The notes beneath the pieces are model-generated. The model did not search any database, was not told the origin of the DNA, and worked only from the letters and a program-made list of their open reading frames with translations. Positions 24,663 to 37,649 of a DNA stretch of 64,000 nt are shown in pieces. The DNA is from Felis catus. Its lineage: Eukaryota. Position numbers and translations under genes: made by a program. Each line of letters opens with the position of its first letter. The first letter of the stretch is position 1. The stretch is from assembly GCF_018350175.1 (NCBI RefSeq), contig NC_058368.1, positions 34,102,001 to 34,166,000 on the forward strand, in the 5' to 3' direction.

Positions 24663-27414
24663 AATCACTCCTTAAATAATAAATACTTGCTATATTTTTT
24701 TAATTACCAGGAAAATGTATATGTGAATACTTAAATTTGCTAAGAAATCACATGATTATGAATTAATGTTGTTTCACTATAATAAAATTTATGAACAATA
24801 ATAATAGAAATAGCAAAATTTAAAAGTCAGCATCTTATAAATTGAGTTGTTCTTATTTATTTATTTTACCCAAAGGGCTTATATCCAACTGTTTGATTAA
24901 GATTTCTTCTTATGTTGGCAAAAATAGTCAAACACTTTTGGTCGGACCTATTTTCCAAGGTGGTAGTAATTTTCACAAATCTTTCTTTAAAAAAGCAGGT
25001 TCTTTTTTAATCAAGGTGGGCTATGGTGATGAAACGTATTATTTATAATGTTCTTTGAGAAAATAATGCAAAATAATGAGTAAAGTGGTAATGCAATCCT
25101 ACAATCAATCTTTTATATTCATTACTTTTAGACTTTTAGATATCGGTTCTCTTATGATATTGCTTATGAAGAATGCAGGGTCATTTGCTTTCTAGTTACA
25201 CATGAGTAAACTGCCAGACCTAACCTTTGTTCTGCTTGCTAGAATGGTCCAGCTTGCTCCTGTTCAGCATGAACAAGGCAGCCCCAGCTAATTGGGCAAT
25301 TAAAATTAAGGAGCATGCAGCACAAAGAGATTCTCCACATTCGACTCAACTCAGCAAAAAATATTGTTAATTCAACATTAAAATGAACTTCCATTTTAAA
25401 TAAACACTAGGCTTTGTATTGCTCCTTGCTGGACCTAAGGCTAATATTTTTATCTTGCTGAAAAATAGTTTAGGTTGATGGGACAATATTAAATATTACG
25501 TTTCGGGTGCTTTTTCTACCATGAAAGTGCCTACCTGTCTGGAACATCTTGACCAATTTTTATGGCAGAGATATAGACAATGTCAAAATTCAAAGCAGGT
25601 TGTAGCTTGTGGTGAAAATAAATCTGTTTTTAGGAGCCTAGTATAAAGTTTGACTAATTCTTTTACCATTATACTGCTGCTTCTATTCTTTGAATTGAGC
25701 TATCCTAGAGGTACTAGACTCTAAATTGTTTGTATCATTCCATACATTTAAAATAGCATACATACAAATATATACTTACATAATGGCTATATATGATTTG
25801 TGTGTATAAATTTCTGATGATATCAGTTTAAAAAAAAACAACTTTCTCTTTTTTTGCTATCCTTAGGAATATGCTTTAAACTGTTCTGTTCTTTTTAAAT
25901 TTTGATTTAATTCCTTGATTCATATTATACTATTTTCCATTGCATTATTTACAATAATCAATAATTTTCTCCATCTTTTCTGCCTGATAAACAGTATTTT
26001 CAGGTTTTTATTATATTTATTATATTCTTGCACATACCTCCACTGTCTTTCCAGCTGGAACATTTACTGTTAGTGCCTCAGGTCTGTTATGTAAGGTCAG
26101 AGATTTGTTCAGTCTTAGCAAGCAGCTAGAGAGATCATCTCTCTTTTCTTGGTGATATGTAAATGAAGCCTTTAAAATAATCATTTTGACTCCTCTAGAC
26201 CCTACCTTTGGTTTTCAGAGGTCATTTAATTTAAAGTGATCATGATCTGGATCACAGTTGGCATTGTGTATTCTTCCATTTTGTTACAATGGCACTCTTC
26301 TGTTCCATGTGAAAAAAAATCTTAGCACATCTAATGATGTTGCTTTCCTTAGGGCTTCAAATGCAAAGTAAAAGGTAAATCGAGGACAGGGGAGAAAGAA
26401 GACTTATTTACATGGAAGTATGCCTTTGTTACAAACATGAAGATGATGGTTGAATTGTTGAAGGGCTAGCAATTACAATCAGTATGTGAGTTCATATAAT
26501 TTGCTTTCTGCACTACTCCATAATCCATATTTTTTCTGAATATATATATACGCACATATATATATTTATATATGTGCGTATATATATATATATATATATA
26601 TAATACTTCCTGGTTTTCCTTAGTATCTGCAGCCATTTTAATGTATTGTTGATCCTGTCAGTGAGGATAGTACATTATCTTATCCATTAGCAAATGCCAC
26701 TGTAAGGAAATACTATTGCAGGAAATATGCAGTCACCAATATTTTATATGTGACCATGGATAGGATGCAAAATATCCTAAACCATTGATTACCAGCACAG
26801 TTTGTTCATACCATGAATTTTTTACAACTGTTTAAGTTAATCAACTGCATATGACTTTTCAGAGTGCACAGGTATAATACATGTAATGGGTCTCGGGAAT
26901 GCATGTGCCAACCTGAACCAAAAAAATTAGTAGATTTAGTTTAAAAAATATTTTGTACATCTAAATCTGAAATTTGATGCTAAAATGCCCATGTTGGCCT
27001 TATATTATGCAATGATAGTTGACGTTTAGAACCAAATCTTGTTTGCCACAGATACATTGAGAAGGTGATAGAGACTGACATCAAAAGACCAAGCTAATAG
27101 TCTGTAATGTGGAGGCTTCATGCTTAACTTCATTAATGTCACTTTCTGTTATGGGCTCACTCTTGTTAAGAGTGTTCTCTAGCTTCAAGGAAGAATAGCA
27201 ATAAACTATCTACAAGTAGAATGGCAGAGAAGCAAAGATTTTGGCCACAAATCTCTTCTCTCTGTATACATATTAACTCTGCTTCTGACATAGATATCAG
27301 AGCGTCGTCTTTAAATTTTTTCAGAGCATTGCCTTAAAGTGAAGACAATGTGCATTTCATGCTTTAAACGAAACAGTTTTAGCGATAAGGTCAACAGCAA
27401 CTAAATTCTAAAGC

Positions 27415-27816
27415 CTTGCTGTACAGACTATGCCGTGGAGTAACGGCATCAACATGACGTACCTGCGCACAGCTTAGACATGCAGCTAATTAAGTCCACC
27501 TTGGACTCCTAAACCATAGTTGGCATTAAAAAAAATTTTTTTTTCAACGTTTATTTATTTTTTTGGGACAGAGAGAGACAGAGCATGAACGGGAGAGGGG
27601 CAGAGAGAGAGGGAGACACAGAATCGGAAACAGGCTCCAGGCTCTGAGCCATCAGCCCAGAGCCCGACGCGGGGCTCAAACTCACGGACCGTGAGATCGT
27701 GACCTGGCTGAAGTCGGACGCTTAACCGACTGCGCCACCCAGGCGCCCCATAGTTGGCATTTTAATAAAGCTCCAGGCTATTTGAATTCTTAGTCAAGTT
27801 TGAGAAGCATTTCTCT
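27415..27816. mobile_element. MER5-type hAT-Charlie MITE, interrupted by a SINE
   Basis: GGCATCAACATGAC...TTAGACATGCAG on the left; GCATTTTAATAAAGCTCCAGG...AAGTTTGAGAAGCA on the right. Confidence 0.5.
27528..27749 (-). mobile_element. Young felid SINE (SINEC_Fc)
   Basis: CpGs intact; TSD CCATAGTTGGCATT at 27514-27527 and 27748-27761. Confidence 0.95.
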
Positions 27817-27864
27817 AAAATACACTTAGTTTGCCACATGTTGAATACTATTTTTTAGAAAAAT

Positions 27865-28030
27865 ATTTAATGTTTTATTTGTTGGGGGGGGGGCGTGCAG
27901 GGAGAGAGGGAGACACAGAATCTGAAGCTGTCTGCACAGAGTTGGATGTGGGGCTTGAGCTCACATACCTTGAGATCATGACCTGAGCCGAAGTGGGACT
28001 CTTAACTGACTGAGCCCCCCCAGGTGCCCT
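27865..28030 (-). mobile_element. CAN-SINE (internally shortened)
   Basis: GAGAGGGAGACACAGAATCTGAAGC...GAGATCATGACCTGAGCCGAAGT...CAGGTGCCC. Confidence 0.85.
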
Positions 28031-30500
28031 TAAATCCTGTTTACCTATGACCCAATAGGGCTTGTTTCTGTATGTGCCGAGAAAAAAATAGGAGCCAAAG
28101 TACACAAATATTGTACCAGGTGCTGGAGCATGCCAACAGAATATGAGTGCATGTGAAGACTTGTGTTATGTACTCAGATTGGAAGTTATAAATCCTATGA
28201 CACGAGCAGGAATTTCTTAGGGGAGTATGGCAACCGAAATGTTTCAACTGCAGTAATTAGTTCATTAGAGGAACGTGGTAATATCTAGTTTTTGCTCAAG
28301 TCATACAGCATGTTTTTATTACCTTGTTCTACAATATTTCTAACGATCAAAGCAGAAACAAAATCCTTTTTATAACAGGTGAATCTAAATTTGAAATAAA
28401 TACGTTAAATGAAAAGAGTCTGCCATCAATTTTTCTTATTCTGAAGCACGTGAAGATTTTTTATATTACAATTTTTAATAACGATTCATTATTCAATTGT
28501 GAATACATTTTTCTATGCTGAAGGTAGTTGTTTGGTGTGGGCTTTCTTTTCTGCTGTATTTTAAATATAGATTTGCTTTAATTTTTTCAAGCATTCTTTA
28601 ATTTCTAATTATTATTTATTGGTTTGCTAACATGTTCTAACTGGCATGGACCCTTTAGAAATTCCCTGTGGGTATTCACACTGTTCATTTCTCTTTTTGA
28701 GAGCAAATGTATATGTATGTGTGCTCTGCCAAGGTACTAAGCTGTATAATCCTCACAAGTTAAATTTAGATTTTTCTAGGTATCAGTGATGCCTTAAGTA
28801 CATCACCAAAAAAAAGAAAAAGTTACTAATTCACTCTGGAGTTTGGAAAGGAATGTGAAATTTTCACTGAAAAATGATTTACAGTTCTTGGAAACAAAAT
28901 GTATTATAAATATGAAAATGGTAATGGAATTTCTCAAATGTATACTTTTGAATTTCTGGCAATTTGGGGAGAAAAGGGGGTGAAATATTTCAATTTTTTT
29001 TTCCAAGTTGTTTTGAATTGCACTATTTCCAGCTCTAGTATTTCATAATGAATCTGGACATTTTCTGGCAAAGACGCATCTGTGACCTACTGCAAGATAA
29101 TTCTGTAGTACATCAAAGAAATTAATGACAGAAAGAGTTAATTCTATTTCTAAGAGAAATAGCTGCTTTGTGGAGCTAGAATGAAGTTGAGGCTACTGGG
29201 ATAATCTGAGTCAATTATATTGAATTCACATAGGGTGATTATGTTGTACTCAGCCCCTCCCTCTGCCAGCTGTTCTTAATCAGTCCTGACTCCTTAGTTC
29301 AACTAATGCCCCTACAATGCTGATTCTGTCTTGCTCAAGCAAGACTCCTTAATAATTGCCCACTCATTTGGATCAATCTCTGCCATCACTTGCCTTTCTC
29401 CTTTTTGCTTCCTTTGGGCTGTTTTTGACTTCTTTACATCAAGTATTATTGATTTCTTGTTTTTCTTTGCCATGAAATGTGAAATTTGCATATAATGTGA
29501 AATTCACAAGGTCCACTGATTTATTTATTTATTTTTTCAAACAGCAGACTAGAGGTTCAGAGAAGTAGAAGAACTTCGCTTTTATTGCTATGGTCAATTG
29601 CTAGAGCTAAAAAGAACATAAAAGAAATATATATACTCCCATTTAAAAATTATTTCTTGAACTGTAATTTGTCATCTGTGGTAGTTTTTGTCCATCTGTT
29701 TTGTATGCCATTTTAGACTAAGGGTGACGTATTTACTAAATGGAAAGGAAATCATTTGTATCCATCACACATTGACTTTTTCTAGCATCTAGTTTCAAAG
29801 AGTCATAGAAAAATAAAACACTCTCCTTCTTCCAAGACGATATTTCTATGTTTGTGTAAGACATTAATTATTTTACACCAATGTTTAGTGATTTTATGGA
29901 AGGGGATTCCTTTCCCGATCACGTAATACCAAATTGCCACATTGTGGGGCATCCATATTACTTTCTGCTTAAAAATAGAAACTGTATGTAATCTGGTATC
30001 TTTGATGATGGTAATTAAATGTATTGATATATATCATCAATGAATAGCTGACTTCTCAAGGTACCCGGATAGCTGGTACCACGTAGTAACTGTTGGCCTT
30101 TACTACTTGCCTGTACCTGTTACTGCACATGTTTAAAATATTATTTAATTCAGATTGTTAATACATTTTCAGTACAAAAACCTATGAGGTAAGTCTGATT
30201 CCAGTTTACTGATACACAACTTAAACTTCATGAACTGAATGCCTGTATTTTAGTTAGGATTTTTACCCCAGGAACAAAGCAAGTTCTTCTTTATCACTTC
30301 AGGCCCTGACTACCTTACTTTCTTAGCTGTTTTAGACTCACAGAGGTCAAATGCCATACACAGCATGTCAACCATACTCTTTCTTTATCCATTACTATAT
30401 GCCCTGGTTTCCTTATTCCTATGGCAGTCCAGTCTCTTTCACCCAGGTATTGATGCATTTTTCAAAATTATCCTTGTCTTCTCATCTGCAAAACCCCATT

Positions 30501-30711
30501 AAATTTTTTCTAACGTTTATTCAGTTTTGAGAGACAGAGACAGACTGAGAGTGGGGGAGGGGCAGAGAGAGAGGGAGACACAAAATCTGAAGCAGGCTCC
30601 AGGCTCCGAGCTGTCAGCACAGAGTTTGATGCAGGTCTCGAACATACAAACCGTGAGAGCATAACATGAGTCAAAGTCGGCCGTTTTACTGACTGAGCCA
30701 CCCAGGGCCCC
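30501..30711 (-). mobile_element. CAN-SINE
   Basis: TSD AAAACCCCATT at 30490-30500 and 30714-30724; typical body. Confidence 0.92.
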
Positions 30712-31770
30712 TGAAAACCCCATTTTTTAGCAATTTAAGAAGAAAATGAACATAGAAGCAAAATACGCAGTTAATAATCTTATGCTAATGTATTAATAAT
30801 TCATGTAACTTGATGTGTTTCTTTTCCCAAGAGGTCAGCATTTAGAGAGAGATGGAAAACCTATGTTCATTCTAAGGCATTGAGAATAATGGAATTTCCA
30901 ATGATGAGAAAGTGACTTTGGGCAGGAGAAGTTTTCTCCCATTAGCATTACAGATACCCATGAGGAATGGTGTGTTGGAACTGGTTTGTATCAACTCGTG
31001 AGAACCGAACGTTAATGGTAAGGAACACTGTCCCTGTGGATCTTACATTCTAGTGCATGGTAACAACACATCAATAATAACTAAAAAAAACAAGCAAACA
31101 AAACAAAAACAAAACAAAAACAAAAATAACCCAAAAAGTAAAACTAAGATACACATGTGCAATATATTTTAGGTAAGATATTACTGAAATCTTACTGACA
31201 ATGTAACATTTGAGTTGTGACTTGAAGGAAGCAAGAGAGTGAGCTTTATGAATATCTGGGGCCGAATATTCCCAGTAGAGAGAATAACAAGTGCAAAGAT
31301 CCTGTGGTATGAGCGTCACTGCTGTGTTTGAGGAAAAGTGAGGGTCATATGACTAGAGCTGAGTGAGACAAAAGTGAGGAGTTGGTGATCATAGCAGAGA
31401 AATAACAAATGGCCAGATTACAGAGGGACTTGTGGTTGCAGTAAGAACTGTGGTTTCTACTCTAGATGATCTGAGAAGAAAGAAATGCACGGAATCCCTT
31501 CTTTAATAGGATCTACCTGGCTGTTAATGAGAAAAGATTGGAAAGGAGAAGAATAGACACAGAGAAACCTATTGGGATGTGATAGGATATCCAGGAGGCT
31601 TGGAAGATAACAGTTGCAGCAATGATGATAAAAATCAAGTGATATTCCTTGCCAAGACATAGTTAGGATACCTGGGTTGAATGAGAAAAGAAGGTAGGCT
31701 GACTCTAAGGTGTTTATCTCAGCAACTAGGTGGGGAATTTGCAGTAATTAAGGGCTTGGAAGGGAACCAC

Positions 31771-32007
31771 AGCTCTTTTGGGAACTACTGTATTAAAACT
31801 TCCTAGTAGACTTTTGAATGGGGATGTCGAGTAAGCAGTTAGGTATCCGCAAGTCTGAGGATCACGGAAGAAATATAGGCTTAAGAGCTTAAGCTCTTTT
31901 GGGAACTACTGTATTAAAACTTCCTAGTAGACTTTTGAATGGGGATGTCGAGTAAGCAGTTAGGTATCCGCAAGTCTGAGGATCACGGAAGAAATATAGG
32001 CTTAAGA
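31771..32007 (+). repeat. Perfect 116-bp tandem duplication (31771-31886 and 31892-32007) with a 5-bp spacer
   Basis: The two copies are identical base for base; spacer GCTTA. Confidence 0.97.
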
Positions 32008-32048
32008 TATAGGGTGATGTATTTATGTGTTTGTTTATTAATTATTTT

Positions 32049-33886
32049 CTCATTAAGATTTGTTTTAATAGGTATTAAAAGGCTGTGACAAATTTTTCAT
32101 CAAGTTTTTTTTTCCATTAAAAAGTACTGGTTTTAAAAACCAATAACCTAAAAATGACACACACACAAAACACATGGTCCACAAAACATTCTTCTTTCCT
32201 TCTGAAGGTTTTATGATGCATTGCTAACACTATCCAGTCTTTTACTATTAAACTTAAGTGGCCAATTGACACAAACTGTTCTGAGACTATTCTTCCACCG
32301 CTAATTAAGACTGGGGTGGCAGGGGGCACCTGGGTGGCTCAGTCAAGCATCCAACTCTTAATTTCAGCTCAGGTCATGACCCCATGGATTCGTGAGATTG
32401 AGCCCGCATCAGGGTCTGTGCTGACAGCAAGGAACATGCTTGGGATTCTCTCTCTCCCTCTCTCTCTCTCTCTGCCCCTCCCCTGCACATTTATGCTCTA
32501 AATAAATAAATAAATAAACTTAAAAAATAAAGACTGGGGTGGCTGGTACTGGGGATGATATTCATTTAGCCTTCTGAGCTTTCTGGGAGGACTTGGTGTC
32601 CCTACCAGCTCCAGCTACCTTCTCGTCTACTGCTTTGACGACACCCACACCAGTCGTCTGTCTCATGTCACGAACAGCAAAATGGCCTGGGGGAGGATAG
32701 TCACAGAAGCTCTCAACACACATAGGCTTGCCGTGAACCACATTAACGATGGCAGCATCACCAGATTTCAAGAACTTGGGGCCATCTTCCAGTGTTTTCC
32801 CAGAACGACGATCAGTCTTCTTCCACTCAGTGAACCTGCAGGCAATGTGAGCTGTGTGACCGTCCAGCACAGGTGCATATCCAGCACTGATTTGGCCTGG
32901 ATGGTTCAGGATAATCCCCTGAGTCGTGAAGCCAGCTGCTTCCACTGATGGGTCATTTTTGCTGTCACCAGCCACATCACCCTGGCCAACATCTTTGACA
33001 GATACACTAGTCTACACCCGGCCCTCAGGGACAGTACCAATACCACCAATTTTGTAGACATCCTGGAGGCTTGCATCCTCAGACACGAGGGCTTGTCAGA
33101 TGGATGAGTTGGTGGCAGAATGCAATCCAGAGCTTCAAGCAGTGTGGTTCCATTGGCATTGCAGTCTTCACAGTTAACTTTCCATCCCTTGAACCAAGGT
33201 GTGTTTGCACTTGGCTCCAGCATGTTGTCACCATTGCAACCAGAGAATGGCACAAATGCTACTGTGTCAGGATTGTAGCCGATTTTCTTGTTGTAGGTGC
33301 TACTTCCTTAACAATTTCCTCATATCTCTTCTGGCTGTAGGGTGGCTCAGTGGAATCCGTTTTGTTAACACCAACAATAAGTTGTTTTACACCCAGGGTG
33401 TAAGCCAGAAGGGCATGCTCACGGGTCTGCCCTTTCTTGGAGAACCTGCTTCAAATTCACCAACACCAGCAGGAACAATCAGGACGGCACAGTCTGCCTG
33501 ACATATACTATAATCCTCCTTTTGATAAAGTTATTGTGTCCTGAGACAACAGTGATAGTCACAGGATGCTTGCTGGTCTTGAACTTCTACAGAGAGCTAT
33601 CAATGGTGACACCATGTTCATAATCAGCTTTTGGTTTATCCAAGACCCAGGCATACTTGAGGAGCCCTTTCCCATCTCAGTGGCCTCCTTCTCAAACTTT
33701 TCCATTGTTCTTTTGTCTATCCCACCATAATTTATAGATGCGATGACTAGTAGTTGTAGACTTTCCCAAATCTATGTGTCCAATGATGACAATGTTGATA
33801 CGATTTTTTTCCTTTACCATTTTTTTTAGGATTAGTGGCGCTTTTCATGACACCTGTGTTCTAGTGGGAAACCCACTGAAAAAAAG
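32049..33886 (-). pseudogene. EEF1A1: EEF1A1 processed pseudogene (full-length mRNA copy, disabled)
   Basis: 5' TOP start CTTTTTTTT at 33886; fused non-coding exon1/exon2 junction ACACAG|GTGTC; ATG 33820 ([24 protein letters not shown]); ...[13 protein letters not shown] at 32562-32564; EEF1A1-like 3'UTR and decayed A-tail; no introns; frameshifts and a premature TAG at 33012-33014. Confidence 0.97.
32322..32529 (+). mobile_element. CAN-SINE inserted in the EEF1A1 pseudogene 3'UTR
   Basis: TSD AAGACTGGGGTGGC at 32307-32320 and 32530-32543; (TAAA)n tail. Confidence 0.95.
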
Positions 33887-35859
33887 TAGTAGATGGTATT
33901 TAAATCATGAGGCAGGATGGGGTCACTTGAGGAGTGAATATAGTAGAAAAACAAGTCTATTTAATAAGGTAGACTTTACCCAGAATATAGTTAAACCACT
34001 ACCCACAAAACAGTTTCTCTCCTTCCTTCACCTCATATACATATTAATATAAACAAAACACTGTTCCATTACATACACTTTATAAAAATCTGATTAACTC
34101 TTACTAATGCTTTAAAATTCAGCTTAACCATCAAATTCTCCATATATCTAGAGAATGGTTGAATTATTAGTTTAATGGAAAATTATAGAATCATACATTA
34201 ATCCCCCTTTATTTAACATATTTCTGCAGTGTTACTGTCTCTTTTTCATCTTTCTAATCCATTAGATCATGAATTTCCTAAAGGCAGGTATCACATATTT
34301 CCAATGCCCAGCAACCCACTTGAAAATTTGAAGACACTTAGTGTATTAAAAAATAAAATAAAAATAAATAGGAACAGAAAGCAAGAGGGGAAGAAGGATA
34401 AAGAGAGTTTCCAGGTAAACAGTGGAAGTGGATGTGGGGGAGGGAGACAAATATCTATTTTATCTAGTGTGTAAGGCTGGTTCTGAAAAGTTGCTTGCAA
34501 TTTTCACAAACACAGAATACATACCATATAGCTTAGCAGAACATGATTCAATTTCCTCTTCTCTGAAATGAGAGTGTTGAACTAAGTCCTTCCCAGTTTT
34601 AAAATGCAAAGGCTTTATGACTCTCAGATTCCCAAGTGAAATATGATCTGTGATCCGTGTTTTCTCTTCCCCGTGTTTGGTCATTCCAGGTTATCTAAAA
34701 CCTTTTTGCTGACCGTGGATGCCTTCACCACCCCTGTTTAGTCTTACTTCCTCTCAGCCCTGACTCAGTAGACTTTAAGACCATCATTATTTTACAAGTT
34801 ATTATTGCTCTCAAAAAACTCGCGTTTGCTGCATTTGCGATTTTTGGGTTAGTTCTGTGTTGCCTTGACTTCCCTTTTAACTTTGTAAAGCAAAAGAAAA
34901 GAAAACCAAACCAACGAAGCCCCTCTTTTTTCTCTTTAAAAAAAAAAAACAGTTTTGACATTAGTTGGAAAGATTATCAGCAAATATTATCACTTAAAAA
35001 ATGCTGAAAAAGACATTGAATAGAAAACTGTGACAAGATTTGTAGTCATTATAACTCATTCACTTGTGTTTCAGAGAAGCCATTGATTGATACTGTTCCA
35101 TAGTTTGCCATATATTACCAAATAATAGTTAATAAACACCTGCCTTTATCCTCTTGCCATCTTTTTTGCTTCATTCAAAGTTTGCTGCTGAAAACATAAG
35201 CCAGTGAAACATGTGCTTGATGTAGATTCTATTATAAACTGATTCCATTTAATTCAGCCTTCAGTGGTGACTTATTTCTGAAATTAGGCACTTTCTATAC
35301 CAATTCCAAAAGCTCAAAACTTTTATTCTTCTTCCTAGATTATAGAAAATCCCATGAAGAGAAGTATTAGATTTAGAATTCAAGTGTTTATTTATGGTGA
35401 GGTGAAATAAAACTCCAAAGTCTAAAACTCATTAACCTAAAACATATTAGGTCAACTTTAAATCTGTTTCTCACGTACTACTTAAAAAAATAACACAAGC
35501 TCATTAGTTTTCCTGTTCTTGTCAAATACACAACCTGGAGTTGATTTTTCATTAGAGAGGAGATTAAATTTAAAAACCGGGACGATGGAACCTTTAAGTA
35601 ATACTGAGTAAGTCATATTATATTTGTAACTTAAATCTTCCTTTGCAATTGTTAAATAATTAAATAAATTATATTTAGTACACTGCTTTAGTGCCAATAT
35701 GGTTATTTTGTCCAGACCTACTTTCCTACCATGGGTTGATTGTACATATTGTATATATCAGTTAGGAGTCATTTCAACCAATCAAATGGCAGGTGTTTAC
35801 TAGATTTTTATAAGGTCATCAATGGTGCATTTGGTTCTATAGAATTGTAGCTTTCAAGC

Positions 35860-36034
35860 TTTTTAATTTTAATGTTTATTTACTTTTGAGAGAGAGGGAG
35901 CCAGAGAATCCCAAGCAGGCTCCTCGCCATCAGTGCAGAGTACGATGCAAGGCTCGAACCTACAAACTATGAGATCATGAATGAACCGAAATCAAGGGTC
36001 AGAGGCTTAATCAACTGAGCCACTCAGGCTCCCC
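35860..36034 (-). mobile_element. CAN-SINE
   Basis: Degenerate TSD TCAA(G/A)CTTTTTAA; head ...CTGAGCCACTCAGGCTCCCC. Confidence 0.88.
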
Positions 36035-36694
36035 TCAAACTTTTTAAACTAAGACCTACAATTGAGAAATATATTTGTTTTGTGAACCAGCATACGTGCA
36101 CACATTTCAACAAAAAGAAAATTTCAAGAAAAAAATTGAGGCTTATATAGTGAAACACTCTGATGTTATCTTTGCTTTCTTCTCTGCTCCATTCAGCTAT
36201 TTTATTATATAATATTTAAAATGTTGATTGAGACTCAGGACCAGCAGATTGAAAAATATCGCTCCAGAGTACATAAGGATTCTGTCTTTAGGAAGGTTGC
36301 CGCTAAGTTAGGAGAGAAGAATAACATGAAACAAAATAGAGTCTAATAACAAAATCAGTCAAATTGTCTTCCAAAGGATGAAATCTGAGCCAAACTGTGA
36401 AGAACAAAAAGAATGTAGCCAAGTGAAGGAGCAAATGGGAAAGGCCAAATCAAAGGAACAAACATGAGTGTGTGTGTTCCTAGCATAATAAGCAGACAAT
36501 TCTGGTTGAAATGCAAGATATGCTTTGGGCACTAGGGAATTCTAAAGACAAAGAAATTATTTGTTCTTAAATGCACAATAAGTCTGAAAATAAGAGAGAG
36601 AAGTTTACACCTAATATAGGAGAAACTACAGAGCAATTTAAGGATCTTGATCATTACAAATGTGTTGATGAAATATTTTAAAATGGTTGTAATA

Positions 36695-36739
<45 letters not shown>

Positions 36740-37097
36740 AACGATTTATAAAGAGTGGCTCTAGGGAGGGAGACTCACTCTGGTAGTAATTCCGATGTCA
36801 TGTAGATAGAATCTAGATTAGGTGGTAGTATCCAGAAAGTATATCAAATAAAGCTATTGGTATGGCTTATGAATTCTTTGCTTACAGAGATTATGTATAT
36901 ATATTAGTATCTATTATCAGATTGATTACTTTAAATTTTTACATCTCAAAATGTTATACATTAGAGTAAAATATAATTCATTTAATTTGCTCATTAAACA
37001 AATATTAACATCTACCATTAAGCACTATAATAAACTCTGGGAATAAGTGGTGAACTGGGCTTTTTGAATCCAATAGATTATACAATTGAACAGATTT

Positions 37098-37285
37098 CTT
37101 TTTTTGGTTTAAACAAGAGAAATTTATTTTCTCACACTTCTGGAGACTAGTCTGAGATCCAAGGTGCCAGCATGGCTGTTACTGGTGACAGCTCTCCTCC
37201 TGGCTTGTAGATGGTTCCTTTCTTGCCGTGCCCTTACGTGGTGGAGAGGAAAAGTCAATTCTTCAGTGTCTTTCTTTCTCTCTTC
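37098..37285 (-). mobile_element. MaLR LTR fragment (MLT1A-type)
   Basis: TTTAAACAAGAGAAATTTATTTTCTCACACTTCTGGAG...AAGGTGCCAGCATGG. Confidence 0.7.
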
Positions 37286-37477
37286 TTAAAAATTTTTTAT
37301 TTGAGTGTATTTTATTGATATACTAAATCAATTATTCTTAAATGTTTTAAGTTTCCAGGTGGTCCAGGTGCTACCCAGAGAGAATGATGGAGAAGATTGT
37401 CGATTTCTAATCAAGATCATAACAGAGTAAAGCAAAAACAGTTTTTGCTGGATGGCTGTTTCAAGGTGAAGTCAGCT

Positions 37478-37648
37478 ACTTCTGCTGAAATATGATCCAC
37501 ACTCACCTGAATCAGACAGCTCAAATGCAGATGATTGGACCCTACCCCATATCTACTTGATCAAGCTATTTAGAATTGACCAGGAAATCTGCATTTATAA
37601 AAATATACTCTAAGGATATCCTGAGACTACTTGAGTTTGAGAAGCACT
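37478..37648. mobile_element. MER5A-type hAT MITE
   Basis: AAATGCAGAT...CCAGGAAATCTGCATTT...AGTTTGAGAAGCACT. Confidence 0.6.
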
Positions 37649-37649
37649 T

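Larger units (their letters stand above)
31025..33960 (-). mobile_element. L2 (L2a-type) element split by the EEF1A1 retrocopy
   Basis: Antisense L2 motifs (CTTACATTCTAGTG, ACATTTGAGTTGTGACTTGAAGGA, CAAGTGCAAAGATCCTG) in 31025-32010, resuming at 33887 (AGATGGTATTTAAATCATGAG...TCACTTGAGGAGTGAATATAG). Confidence 0.75.

Noticed and set aside
31771..32007. CRISPR-like or LTR-like direct repeat
   Set aside because: Only two adjacent copies with a 5-bp spacer in mammalian L2 DNA; no array and no TG...CA termini.
32562..33253. ORFs 32562..32975 and 32906..33253 with EEF1A1-like peptides as a functional gene
   Set aside because: They are fragments of an intronless copy with frameshifts, a premature stop, an internal deletion and an altered G1 motif.
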